Shown here: positions 32,434 through 42,491 of the stretch, one piece after another
Layout of the letters: every line of letters starts with the position of its first letter
Position numbering within the stretch: the first letter of the stretch is position 1
NCBI GenBank assembly: GCA_963664875.1
Contig: OY761611.1
Coordinates: 1,312,001-1,376,000, forward strand
Length of the DNA stretch: 64,000 nt
Direction of reading: 5' to 3'
Source of the DNA: Candidatus Kapaibacterium sp.
Lineage (GTDB): Bacteria > Bacteroidota > Ignavibacteria > Kapaibacteriales > UBA2268
Made by a program: the position numbers and the translations under genes
Notes under the pieces: model-generated
Databases searched by the model: none
What the model was told of the DNA's origin: nothing
Seen by the model: the letters and a program-made list of their open reading frames with translations, nothing else

Positions 32434-32984
32434 TAGAGCTCCAAAATAGTTAGTGAAAAATATTATTGTTACTTAATTTATTTTTCTGCTTATTAGTTAT
32501 TGATAGTGAGAAGCGTTCGTAAATACAAGTTAGTTGTAACATGTATTATAAATTTAGACCTGAAGGCACTCAACTTTAATATTATTTAAAATATTGACAA
32601 TATCTTACAATATTTATTATATAATTTAATAATTTAACATACAACTACAAAGGTATTAATGTAATCGGAAGAAACATACGTTTAAATACCTAACCGAATA
32701 CACTTAGAGAGCAAAAAAACTACCAACCGGCAGGGCGATAACAACTAAATGCATCTAATCAACTTGGTAGATTTACCAATTATTTGAAATGAGTCTTCAT
32801 CTTCATAGCCCCTAATTGGTTCGTAGTCAGGTTTTTATTTCGCACAAAGCACCCCACTTTTACTAGCCAAGTTTAATATGTACCATATTTTGCTTCTTTC
32901 CTTATATTTTTTCTTGAAGACTTCCCTCGATTCCTTATCTAAAATTCTTAAAGTACACTTGTAGCAGTTTTGGCAAACTTTTGA

Positions 32985-33108
32985 AACTATGCTATCCGTT
33001 TTTTTATCAACGGAAAGAGTATTAAGAGAGAAGGATATTATAAATAATTAGATTGGGTTGGGTCAATTTAGGGGATAAAAACGAGTCAATTTTCAGAGGG
33101 AAGGTACA
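32985..33108 (+). mobile_element. Possible IS21-family right-end remnant
   Basis: Repeated G(G/A)GTCAATTT boxes (33060, 33083) end in ...GTACA, preceded by an IstB-tail-like INGKSIKR. Confidence 0.45.
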
Positions 33109-33387
33109 AAAATTTTACATCACAAGTGCAAAAACGGTAAACACATTTCTGACATGATGTCATAAAATATAATTTGAGATACACGATTTTTGTCTAAAAC
33201 GAGAGAAAATAAATAGGAATTTAGGTATCAGATTTTACTTCATTTGAGTTCAATATTTTAAATTCCATAGATTTGCTTTTTCGGAAGGCATTTGTAAATC
33301 TGTAAGTAAAGAAATTGAAAATCACAAATTGTCCGTATTTTGATTTTCAATTTTATAACTTATTTATTTTATAGCATTAAAGCGTTT

Positions 33388-33410
33388 TTGTGGAGGTGGC
33401 GGGACTCGAA
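33388..33410 (-). mobile_element. att site: 3'-end fragment of tmRNA (or a tRNA)
   Basis: Minus strand reads TTCGAGTCCCGCCACCTCCAcaa, a T-loop plus acceptor 3' strand of tmRNA type, about 200 bp from the integrase. No 5' half is present. Confidence 0.75.
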
Positions 33411-33532
33411 TATACTTTTTCTTATTTTACTTTACTTTACCTATTCTTACTACAATACCGCTTATATAGCTGTTTTTCAGCATTTTAAAAATAAACTAAA
33501 TTCAAATGGAGTTAAAAGAAATAAGCAAAATC

Positions 33533-33584
33533 TGTAGAGAATATGTAGAGGATTTGTAGAGAAATTTTTGTACCTTGTGTAGAG
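33533..33584 (+). repeat. Four TGTAGAG direct repeats (candidate integrase arm-type sites)
   Basis: At 33533, 33544, 33555 and 33578 (spacing 11, 11, 23). Confidence 0.65.
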
Positions 33585-33607
33585 GTCAAAATACTGAAGG
33601 TGAAGTA

Positions 33608-34819
33608 GTGAATTATAACTTTTATATAAAAGTAGAAAAGAACGCAAAAACAAAGCATCCTAATTGTATTATACAGCTATATATACGTGACAAGCGTGGA
33701 ACCATCTATTTTAATACTGGTGAAAAAATCGAAGAAAGGTACTGGGATAAAAACAAGCAAGTTGTGAAAAAGTCATATCCTGGTTCAACAGAGTTAAACT
33801 CATATCTGCGTAGCTACAAAGAAGATATAGAAAGAAAAATTCGTACAATTCAAACAGAGAAGCCAAGTATATCTCTTGCTGAACTAAAAAAGATTCTAAA
33901 GACTCCTGTCAAAGAGGCAGAAATAGTTAAAGTTAAATTCTTGGATTTGTTTCAGAAATTCATTGAAGGTAGAAGAACAACGCTAAGTCATGCAACATAT
34001 AAAAAATACAAAACACTCTTCAACCATCTGAAACAGTTTCAGAAAAAATCTAAACTCAAACTGGATGTTGAAACGATTAATGTAGATGTATTAGATCAGC
34101 TACAAAATTACTTCCTAAAACAGGGTCACAATAATAATACTACCTTCAAGCATATTCAAAATCTTCGGACATTTCTGAATTGGGCATTGGAAAGGGATTT
34201 GACTGACAATATAAAATATCAGAAATTTAATCCAATCAAGCGTGCTAATCCCGAAAGTATAGCTCTGACCAAAGAAGAATTAAAACTGATTACTGACTGT
34301 AAAGATTTAACACCAAGTCTTGAAAAAACAAAAGACCTCTTTCTTTTTATGGTTTATACAGGTCAACGGTACTCAGATGCAGTGCAATTTAACAAGGATG
34401 ACGTAAAAAATGATGTCTGGTATTTTAGGCAAAAGAAAACAACAAAGGTTATGAAAATTCCACTTAGTCGCCCAGCATTGGCAATTTTAGAAAAGTATAA
34501 TTACCAATTGCCAGTAATGAGCAACCAAAAAATGAATGCTAATCTAAAGTTTTTGGGAGAAAAGGCTGGTCTCAATGAAATCGTATCACAAGTCAAATAC
34601 AACGGTGCAAATCAAACAGTTGAAAGATACCCTAAATACAAACTACTTACAAGCCATGTTGCACGTCGAACATTTGTGTCTTTAGCAGCTTATGGCGGAA
34701 TAAGTCAACAAGTTATCAAATCATTTACGGGGCATAGCACAGATAGAATGGTATCTCAGTATTTTATTGAAAATCCGATGCAAGCCATAGATTCTATAAA
34801 TAATATATTTGAGAATTAA
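33608..34819 (+). CDS. Tyrosine integrase (Bacteroidota Arm-binding/SAM-like type)
   Basis: Catalytic set GQRYSD, K, HVARR, GHS, Y; GTG start at 33608 is inferred. Confidence 0.93.
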   Translation: MNYNFYIKVEKNAKTKHPNCIIQLYIRDKRGTIYFNTGEKIEERYWDKNKQVVKKSYPGSTELNSYLRSYKEDIERKIRTIQTEKPSISLAELKKILKTPVKEAEIVKVKFLDLFQKFIEGRRTTLSHATYKKYKTLFNHLKQFQKKSKLKLDVETINVDVLDQLQNYFLKQGHNNNTTFKHIQNLRTFLNWALERDLTDNIKYQKFNPIKRANPESIALTKEELKLITDCKDLTPSLEKTKDLFLFMVYTGQRYSDAVQFNKDDVKNDVWYFRQKKTTKVMKIPLSRPALAILEKYNYQLPVMSNQKMNANLKFLGEKAGLNEIVSQVKYNGANQTVERYPKYKLLTSHVARRTFVSLAAYGGISQQVIKSFTGHSTDRMVSQYFIENPMQAIDSINNIFEN

Positions 34820-34845
34820 TTCATTATTCCTCCCCTCTTTATACC

Positions 34846-34883
34846 ATCAGGTCAATAGCAAAAAACTACTGACCTGATTTTTT
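34846..34883. terminator. Terminator between the integrase and hsdM
   Basis: ATCAGGTCA...TGACCTGAT followed by a T-tract. Confidence 0.7.
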
Positions 34884-36399
34884 ATTTCGATTTTATCGTA
34901 TCCATGATTTCTTTGAATGATGTAAGACCTGATTCAAGATTTTGGATTATCTCCTCAGCCAATTCGTCGGGGTCAGGGAGATTGTCTAAATCTGTTAAGC
35001 TTTTGTCTTTTAACCAAAAGATATCAAGATTTGTTTTATCTCTTGCTAATATTTCTTCGTAGGTAAATTTTCGCCAACGCCCTTCGGGATTATCTTCACT
35101 CCATGTTTCTACTCGTTTGTTGCGGTTATCAGGATTGTAACATTTTACAAAGTCTTCTAAGTCTGCTGTTGTTAAAGGCTTTTTCTTCAAGGTATGATGT
35201 ACATTAGTTCGGTAGTCATATATCCATACTTCTTTTGTGTGAGCTTCTTTGCTTGCTGCTCGATTATCAAAGAAAAGAACATTTGCTTTTACGCCATGTG
35301 CATAGAATACACCTGTAGGCAATCTTAGGATTGTGTGTAAATCAGTTGTAAGCATTAATTGCTTGCGGACTTCTTCTCCTGCCCCACCTTCAAACAAAAC
35401 ATTATCAGGTAGGACTACAGCTGCTTTTCCTGTTGTCTTTAGCATTGATTTTATATGCTGAAGAAAGTTAAGCTGTTTGTTCGAAGTTGTTTCCCAAAAA
35501 TCCTGTCTGTTATAACTTAAATCTACTTTTTCAGCTTCATCATCTTCGTTTGTTACAGTATAGGAGCTTTTTTTACCGAATGGCGGATTTGCCAAAACAT
35601 AATCATAAGTTTTACTATCCGGTGCAACCAAAGCGTCATTAGGCGAAATAAACGGGTCGCTTGCTATGTCGCCTATATTATGTAGATAGAGATTCATCAG
35701 ACACAATCTACGTGTATTGGCTACAATTTCATTTCCGAAGAAGGTATCGTTCTTGAGGAATTCCTTTTCTTCTTTATCAAGCTGATTGTTTGCAATTATC
35801 CAATCATAAGCTGCAAGGAAAAATCCTCCCGTACCACATGCAGGATCTGCTATTGTTGCTTTGGGTTTAGGTTGAATGCACGCCACCATTGTTTTAATCA
35901 ATGCACGGGGAGTAAAATACTGACCTGCTCCTGATTTAGTATCTTCTGCATTTTTTTCAAGTAAGCCTTCGTAAATTTTACCTTTTATATCCGCACCCAT
36001 CAAAGTCCAATTTTCTTTGTTTATCATTGTGATAATTCGGGACAGCTTTGCGGGATCCTGTATCTTATTTTGGCTTTTGGTGAATATCTGACCTAACATT
36101 CCTTTTTCGGTGCTTAAGCTACGCAGCATCTGCGAATAAAATGATTCTAACTCCGCACCTCTTTTGCTTGAAAGTGTTTCCCAGTCGCAGATTTCTCCGT
36201 CTGTAATCTCATTGCCTTCGGTATCTTTCATCCGTGGAAATTGCAGTCCTTTAAAGTAAGGAGGTTTGTTCATTTCGTCTGCCATCTTAAGGAATAACAG
36301 ATAAGTTATTTGCTCAAGATAGTCGCCATAACTAACGCCATCGTCTCTTAGAACCCCTGCGAGATTCCATATTTTTGATATAATTGCTGAATCTGACAT
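34882..36399 (-). CDS. hsdM: Type I RM methyltransferase subunit
   Basis: GQYFTPR, DPACGTGGF and NPPF motifs; start MSDSAI is inferred. Confidence 0.95.
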   Translation of the reverse strand: MSDSAIISKIWNLAGVLRDDGVSYGDYLEQITYLLFLKMADEMNKPPYFKGLQFPRMKDTEGNEITDGEICDWETLSSKRGAELESFYSQMLRSLSTEKGMLGQIFTKSQNKIQDPAKLSRIITMINKENWTLMGADIKGKIYEGLLEKNAEDTKSGAGQYFTPRALIKTMVACIQPKPKATIADPACGTGGFFLAAYDWIIANNQLDKEEKEFLKNDTFFGNEIVANTRRLCLMNLYLHNIGDIASDPFISPNDALVAPDSKTYDYVLANPPFGKKSSYTVTNEDDEAEKVDLSYNRQDFWETTSNKQLNFLQHIKSMLKTTGKAAVVLPDNVLFEGGAGEEVRKQLMLTTDLHTILRLPTGVFYAHGVKANVLFFDNRAASKEAHTKEVWIYDYRTNVHHTLKKKPLTTADLEDFVKCYNPDNRNKRVETWSEDNPEGRWRKFTYEEILARDKTNLDIFWLKDKSLTDLDNLPDPDELAEEIIQNLESGLTSFKEIMDTIKSK

Positions 36400-36406
36400 A
36401 TTTATT

Positions 36407-37153
36407 CTATTTTTTGTGATTATCAATATTATTTACTTCATCTGTTTCAAGAAATGATACTTCCCGATACATTATAGTCAATCCTTTCCCTTTGATCGTT
36501 GCTTTATATGTATCATAACCTAAATGGGTAGCTTCTATTCGTCTGATGAATGTATAAAAATCTTTTTTGTTATCGCAACCCTTTTCAAAATCATACTCCT
36601 TGGTTTTGAATACAAGAATTAGCAATACATCTAAATCTAAATCTGATTGCGTTCCAACTGTTGAATAAAGCATCTGATAACGCAAAGTAAAATCTTCTTC
36701 TTTTACTTCTTTCAGATTTACCTTCAATAGATTTTCTATTCTTTCAGGAGCATTGGTATTATTACCGTTTAATTCCTTTACCTTAGCTCTTTGGTAAACT
36801 GTTGCAACTGTGTCGCCAAACGGCTCATCAACTTTTGCTTCGAGACCAATAAAGATTGATTGCTTTGATTCTGTTTTACCCCAAATAGCTAAGTCATGTT
36901 CCCTGCCATGACCGAATTCATCAAATCTAACTTCGAATTCGGGTTCTGCCTTTTCTAAAGTAACTTTGGTATTAAGTACATTTGAGAGCATTGATTCTAA
37001 TTCTGCAGCTCCATTACGATTTAAAATAAAATCCGCAAGTGAATATGCACTTCTGTTTTCTTTCCAATGTCTTCCTTTCTTGCCACTTCCGAATGCAGCT
37101 TTCTGCCAATCATCCATGGTCTTAATTTCTGTGTTTCTATATTCGATTTTCAT
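36407..37153 (-). CDS. Predicted PD-(D/E)XK nuclease (DUF6946-like)
   Basis: HWKENRSAYSLA, HDLAI...LEAKVDEPFG and LRYQM motifs. Confidence 0.65.
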   Translation of the reverse strand: MKIEYRNTEIKTMDDWQKAAFGSGKKGRHWKENRSAYSLADFILNRNGAAELESMLSNVLNTKVTLEKAEPEFEVRFDEFGHGREHDLAIWGKTESKQSIFIGLEAKVDEPFGDTVATVYQRAKVKELNGNNTNAPERIENLLKVNLKEVKEEDFTLRYQMLYSTVGTQSDLDLDVLLILVFKTKEYDFEKGCDNKKDFYTFIRRIEATHLGYDTYKATIKGKGLTIMYREVSFLETDEVNNIDNHKK

Positions 37154-37174
37154 TAGTTTTCCAATAGATTATTA

Positions 37175-38158
37175 TTATCTGTTTCTATTTAAGATGCTAA
37201 TTACTAATTTTTTCACAGCATTTGCTTCATCAGATTTGCTAATTGCAATAAATAAAGTCAAAGCGGCAAGGGTATTATTATCAATAATTAGAGAACCATC
37301 TTTTTTCAGTAACATATTGTTGCGTTTAAGGAAGTAAACAAAGCAAGCTGCGGCTATTCTCTTATTCCCATCCACAAAAGAATGATTTTTAACAATAAAA
37401 TAAAGTAGATTAGCTGCCTTTTCTTCTATTGTTGGATACAAATCATTACCTGCAAAACCTTGAGCAATTTGGTTAATTGCACTTACAAAACTTCCATCTT
37501 TTTGAAGAGCAAAAACAGTAGATTCAAAATCTGAATACATCTCCTGAATCAAGTGCATATAATCATTATACGATGGGTAAATAGTTTCTTTTTGAGATTC
37601 ACCTGCTATATCTAATGCCTCGTTGTCATAATCATCAAGTAGTGCTAATCCGTTCGAAAACAACTTAAAGACTTCATTATTTTCTTTATTGGCTTCTTCC
37701 TCAATCACTCTACTTACAATTCGAATGCCTGTTTTTAGATATTCTATTTCCTGCTGTTTTTGAGCTAAACGCTTTTCATTTAATGCATATCCTTGGACTA
37801 AATAATCTTTTAATCGTTGAGTTGCCCATTGACGAAATTGTGTACCTCTTTGTGATTTTACCCGATACCCAACAGAAATAATAACATCAAGATTATAATA
37901 GTCAACTTTTTTGTTCTGAGTTTTACCCTCTATCGCACCATGTTGAGTGGTATGTGCAAATTTTGCACATACCATATCCTTATCCAACTCACCTTCTTTA
38001 AAGATATTTGAAATATGCCTGCTTATTACCGTCCTATCTCTTTGAAAAAGATCTGAAAGTTGTTCACGACTCAACCAAACAGACTCGTTTTCAAATTGAA
38101 CATGTATTTCAGTATGAGTATCATTAATTTTGTAGATTTCTATTTTCTTCCCCATCAC
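37175..38158 (-). CDS. RhuM-like DNA-binding domain fused to a Fic/Doc domain
   Basis: YNLDVIISVGYRVKSQRGTQFRQWAT; Fic motif HSFVDGNKR. Confidence 0.9.
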   Translation of the reverse strand: MMGKKIEIYKINDTHTEIHVQFENESVWLSREQLSDLFQRDRTVISRHISNIFKEGELDKDMVCAKFAHTTQHGAIEGKTQNKKVDYYNLDVIISVGYRVKSQRGTQFRQWATQRLKDYLVQGYALNEKRLAQKQQEIEYLKTGIRIVSRVIEEEANKENNEVFKLFSNGLALLDDYDNEALDIAGESQKETIYPSYNDYMHLIQEMYSDFESTVFALQKDGSFVSAINQIAQGFAGNDLYPTIEEKAANLLYFIVKNHSFVDGNKRIAAACFVYFLKRNNMLLKKDGSLIIDNNTLAALTLFIAISKSDEANAVKKLVISILNRNR

Positions 38159-39660
38159 TTCTCCTTCTTAATTCTTTCCAAGAGGATGCTTGCAGGTTCG
38201 TAGTCGGGGGCTTTTTTGCATTCGGCTATTTCAGATTCGGAGAGAAGCTCTCCTTCAAATGCTTTTTTTAGTATTCTTTGGCGAAGTGCTTCTGCTTTTT
38301 CTAAAGATTCTTCTATTGTTTTTTCCACCTGATCGCATACTGAAAGTCGTGATTCTATTTCTTTGACTATTTGGTACTGCTCTTGGAGGGAGCAGATTAC
38401 AGTTTTAGATTTATTCAATTTCTCTAAAGTCAATCTCGTTATAGCAACACCTGCAATATTACTTAGCATTCTTTTACGAGTCACTTCAGAATTTAAAAAA
38501 TAGGCTACAAATTTAGGTGTTATATATTTTTGATTAAATCTGAAAACTCCAACGCTTGAAAGCAATGAAAACTCCTCTTTCAAAGTATTTACAGTCGCGA
38601 TACCTGTTGTAGCTCCGTCCTTAATATATAGTATATCACCTTCTCTCACATCTGCTCTTGCAAAGATTGAATGATGGTCTTCGGCAGAGACATATGTAAT
38701 ATTTGATAAATTAATTCCATTTTCTTTGATGTTTTTAGCTGTTATGTACTTAAAATCACCGTGAGCAAAACTTTTAGGAGAAAAATGAGTTCCATCAAAA
38801 ATTCTATCCGCAATTATGCCGAATGTATACCATTCCCAATTTTTTGGAATTGATGGTAATAATAGTATATCTTCTTCTGGCACGGAATCTTTTTTAATAT
38901 TATTCTTCGGCTTTGCAGGTTTCTTGCCTTCTTTTCCATTTTCTTCCCATTCTTTTACTGCTATTTTCCAATCAGATAGTTGTTTTTCGTAATATTTTTT
39001 ACGTTCTTCTTTTATCTGTTCAAGAAGTTCTTCTGCTGTAGGTAGATCTGTTTGCTTCTCTCTCCACTCTTTAGTCAACTCCCCCTCAAAAGCCTTTTTG
39101 AGGACAGACTGGCGGTAAATTTTAAGTTGATCTTGGGCTTTTTTTAAATCTTCTATGCCTTTATCAAGCGAAGTAAACAGATTTTCTATTTTTGTTACTA
39201 TGGCACGTTGGATTGGTAGCGGAGGGACTTTTAGAGGTAATCGTTTTAAAGCACTTTGTGTTAACTTCAATCTTGTTGTGCCAGTTACATATTCCCTTAG
39301 TTGCATTTGATTCAAATAATGTAATAAAAAATCATTGTTAAAATGAGAATTCAAGATATGAGCATGATTATTTACCCATGTTTTACCTGCTATTTTGTAA
39401 GCAACATTTCTTGTCATATCTAAAAATGGAGCACCATCTTCGCCTATAACTATAAACTCGCCATCTGTTAAATAATCATCAATAAAGCCAACCTGACCTG
39501 TCGCTCCAAAGTATGGATATAAATCTACTTGCGATTTACCTTCAATACGTTTTCTTCTTTCTGTCGCATTTATTGGTTTCCTTAAATTATCCAATATTGA
39601 ACAGACTTGTTCTAGTTTACACTCTATCCAATCTTCTTTCATCTTATTTTCCTTTCCCAA
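38155..39660 (-). CDS. hsdS: Type I RM specificity subunit
   Basis: Two TRDs and the conserved PPLPIQRAIV, SVLKKAFEGEL and ILKKAFEGEL helices. Confidence 0.93.
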   Translation of the reverse strand: MGKENKMKEDWIECKLEQVCSILDNLRKPINATERRKRIEGKSQVDLYPYFGATGQVGFIDDYLTDGEFIVIGEDGAPFLDMTRNVAYKIAGKTWVNNHAHILNSHFNNDFLLHYLNQMQLREYVTGTTRLKLTQSALKRLPLKVPPLPIQRAIVTKIENLFTSLDKGIEDLKKAQDQLKIYRQSVLKKAFEGELTKEWREKQTDLPTAEELLEQIKEERKKYYEKQLSDWKIAVKEWEENGKEGKKPAKPKNNIKKDSVPEEDILLLPSIPKNWEWYTFGIIADRIFDGTHFSPKSFAHGDFKYITAKNIKENGINLSNITYVSAEDHHSIFARADVREGDILYIKDGATTGIATVNTLKEEFSLLSSVGVFRFNQKYITPKFVAYFLNSEVTRKRMLSNIAGVAITRLTLEKLNKSKTVICSLQEQYQIVKEIESRLSVCDQVEKTIEESLEKAEALRQRILKKAFEGELLSESEIAECKKAPDYEPASILLERIKKEK

Positions 39661-40906
39661 TTTTCTCTAAAAGACCTAACATATTCCCTGGCATAGTAGG
39701 TGAGGATTCGTCTTTGAGCAATCCTGAATCTGCACGGCTAAATAGAGATTGTAATACTATCTCTCTTTCTCTATCACTCACAGCAGAATCTTTATGTAAT
39801 GCTAAGAAAAGATAGGTTAACTGTTCCTTCTCCTCAGCATCGCGAGCCAAGTGAAAAGCACTCAACGTAAGTTTACTCAAATGTTTAATCCCAAAAGCAA
39901 GCAAAGATACAAAAGTTATAAATGTAATCGACCATTTGATTGCAGTACCAGTTTCTTTGAAGATTCCTTCCATTATTCCATTAGATAAACAGAATAAAAC
40001 CCCGACTGCCAATACTATTCCACCAATGGAAACACCCTTTAACCATTTATTATGTTTATCACCTTCAGCTTTCAACGTGTCTGCTCTTTGTTTCCAATAG
40101 GCGGCAGGTTCTTTAAGCTTAAGAAGATTTTCGTAAGTATCTTTTAAATCCGTGATTTCTTGTTTTGATTTGGCATACCAGTCATCAAATGATTTTTCTT
40201 TTTCAGTTTTAACATCTTCAATCTTTTGAGCATACTTTTCACCATCTTTAGTAGCTTTATCCAAAACACCTTTGAGATGAGCTTCCGATTCAGTAAGATA
40301 ATTTGAAAAATCATTTCTAAGTTTACTCAAAGAAGATTTTTCACTATCATATCTTTTGGTAATTTCAGTATAATCACGTTGGATGAATTCGTATGCGATA
40401 ATATATGCTATGAAATTTTTCGGAGTATTTGGTGGGTTTATATTCCCATTTCTTTCAAAAGAAATTAAAAAATCAAATACTTCTTGATTGTATTTTGGTT
40501 GCTCTTTGTGTAGTTTAATCAAAAACTCCGTTTCGGGACGGTCATATGTTATTATTTTACGTCGTGTATTATTGTCTGTATAATTTGCAAAATGATTAAT
40601 CCATTGTTTGCTTAGCTCTTGTTTATCAATTTCTTTAGAAATATTGAGAAATTGGATAAGATGCTCATGAAATCTTTTAAAATATGAAAATGAAGGATCT
40701 AAATTAGAAGGTAATTCTCCTAAACTCTCCCAACCTTTTTTTTGTTGTGACGCATAAGTGTATATAGCAATAAAACCGACTTGATTGCAAGTAAGCATAG
40801 GAAAATCAGGAAACTTCCAATCAATTGAAACAGAATCAAACCATTCAGGATATTGGGTTTCTTTTATTTTGGCAAGGAGTTCTTTTTTAGTCATAGTAGT
40901 AGCCAT
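39644..40906 (-). CDS. Coiled-coil plus 2-TM protein (DUF6161-like)
   Basis: PAAYW, two TM helices, HLARDAEEKEQLTYLFLAL...LQSLFSRADSGLL. Confidence 0.65.
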   Translation of the reverse strand: MATTMTKKELLAKIKETQYPEWFDSVSIDWKFPDFPMLTCNQVGFIAIYTYASQQKKGWESLGELPSNLDPSFSYFKRFHEHLIQFLNISKEIDKQELSKQWINHFANYTDNNTRRKIITYDRPETEFLIKLHKEQPKYNQEVFDFLISFERNGNINPPNTPKNFIAYIIAYEFIQRDYTEITKRYDSEKSSLSKLRNDFSNYLTESEAHLKGVLDKATKDGEKYAQKIEDVKTEKEKSFDDWYAKSKQEITDLKDTYENLLKLKEPAAYWKQRADTLKAEGDKHNKWLKGVSIGGIVLAVGVLFCLSNGIMEGIFKETGTAIKWSITFITFVSLLAFGIKHLSKLTLSAFHLARDAEEKEQLTYLFLALHKDSAVSDREREIVLQSLFSRADSGLLKDESSPTMPGNMLGLLEKIGKGK

Positions 40907-40968
40907 GGGTACATTATAATTATAGTTTTGATTTGTGTTGCATTTGGTTGATTTGGAGTTGGTGTCTT

Positions 40969-42438
40969 TTACTCTTCTTCTTCTTCTTCAGTTTCATTTA
41001 TTACTGATCCAAGTAACAGAAGCAATTTATTAGAATCTAAATTTAAGTCAAGCGATAATAACTTTCTATCTAATTTCCACTTTCTTCCGTACCATTTTTC
41101 AATTTTCAACAATTCTATATCTTTCTCATTAAATTCAGCATGCCCCATTACATCAGTTCCAAACAATCGACAAACATTGTTGACTACATATTCTATTTCT
41201 GCAAATGCTACGTAATCGAATCTTATTCCTCGGTTGTTTAAGAAATAGGAATATTGAATATCATCTATTTGGTGAACTTCCATCATATTAAAATAGGAAA
41301 AGTACTTTTTGCTCAAGTATCTATGCATTATCTTATCTTCCAAATCACCTTCTGTAATGTAACTGTTCTCTAATGGGATAACTTCAACATCTTGCTTCAA
41401 TTGATTTATAAAATCACCGATATTTGCAAAATTTACACCCAAGTTTTGATATTCCTCTAAAAATTCATCCCACCCCATCACTTTAGTATGAAAACCAAAT
41501 AGGTTATAAAGAAATTTTGATTTTTTTTGCAAACCTTTATCTTCAGAAATCAAATAATCGCAATGAATTGCATAAAATGAATGAACTGCATCTTGTATCA
41601 TATTTGCGAATCTTACCTTACTGTTCTTTTCTCCATCAATCCCAAAAACATTCAAATACAGGTATGTCAATGTATATTGGATATAAAAATTATCTGCCAA
41701 AGGTATTTTAGAAATTGAACTAAAAGATTCTTCAACTACTTCATAAAAAGATCTTCCAATTTGAGTAAGCTTAAATTTGTCATCAAAGTCAATATCATCC
41801 ATATTTATTTGCAACTTTTTGATTTGATTCTCTTCCATGCCAAGTCTGCGGGCAAGTCCATATAGCTTTTCGTCATCATAAAATTTGTCCGCAATACTAT
41901 TGGTAAGTTTTACCCAATCAGATTGTTCATATTCTCTATTTTCTATACCAAGCTTGTTTATATAATCTACCATGTCAGCTGACGGATTTGTTGGTAAGTT
42001 TGAAATAACATATTTCTCGGGTATGTTTGTTATCATTTCGTTTAGAGCAATAGCACTATCTAAAATGACAGAGTACTGTCCAAAAAAAGGTAATTCTTTA
42101 AGTGCTGAAATCATATCTGAATTGAAATCTATATCAACTTGGCTTCTGCTATTAGAACCAATTGCTTCAACATTTTTAAATTTCACAAGAGGAAGTATTT
42201 TACTCATTGAAACATTTTGATTTTGAATATCAAAATACAAAAAATGATTTGTGAATTTACCAATATATGTTAGCTCTTCATACTTAATATCAGTTTTATC
42301 TTGCTTTAAATCATCTAAATGTGCAGGAGAATAAAGGAAAAACAATCTATCATCAGATAATAGATTCTCTTCGATCATTTTATCTTTTTGTTTTTTCAAA
42401 TTCGAAAAAATGTTCTTGTCAAAGTAGATTCTATACAC
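40969..42438 (-). CDS. Hypothetical protein with PIN-like acidic motifs
   Basis: IYFDKNIF, YSPAHLDD and DAVH...CDYLISED. Confidence 0.55.
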   Translation of the reverse strand: MYRIYFDKNIFSNLKKQKDKMIEENLLSDDRLFFLYSPAHLDDLKQDKTDIKYEELTYIGKFTNHFLYFDIQNQNVSMSKILPLVKFKNVEAIGSNSRSQVDIDFNSDMISALKELPFFGQYSVILDSAIALNEMITNIPEKYVISNLPTNPSADMVDYINKLGIENREYEQSDWVKLTNSIADKFYDDEKLYGLARRLGMEENQIKKLQINMDDIDFDDKFKLTQIGRSFYEVVEESFSSISKIPLADNFYIQYTLTYLYLNVFGIDGEKNSKVRFANMIQDAVHSFYAIHCDYLISEDKGLQKKSKFLYNLFGFHTKVMGWDEFLEEYQNLGVNFANIGDFINQLKQDVEVIPLENSYITEGDLEDKIMHRYLSKKYFSYFNMMEVHQIDDIQYSYFLNNRGIRFDYVAFAEIEYVVNNVCRLFGTDVMGHAEFNEKDIELLKIEKWYGRKWKLDRKLLSLDLNLDSNKLLLLLGSVINETEEEEEE

Positions 42439-42491
42439 ATAACCCTCTTTTGTCTTTGAAACAATAAACTGATTTTTACATTACCATACCC

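Noticed and set aside
33388-33460. Complete tRNA or tmRNA gene
   Set aside because: Similarity stops at the T-loop; the adjacent sequence is AT-rich with no 5' half.
33533-33584. TGTAGAG repeats as a CRISPR array
   Set aside because: The repeats are 7 nt with 4-16 nt gaps and there are no cas genes. No CRISPR array was seen anywhere in the window.
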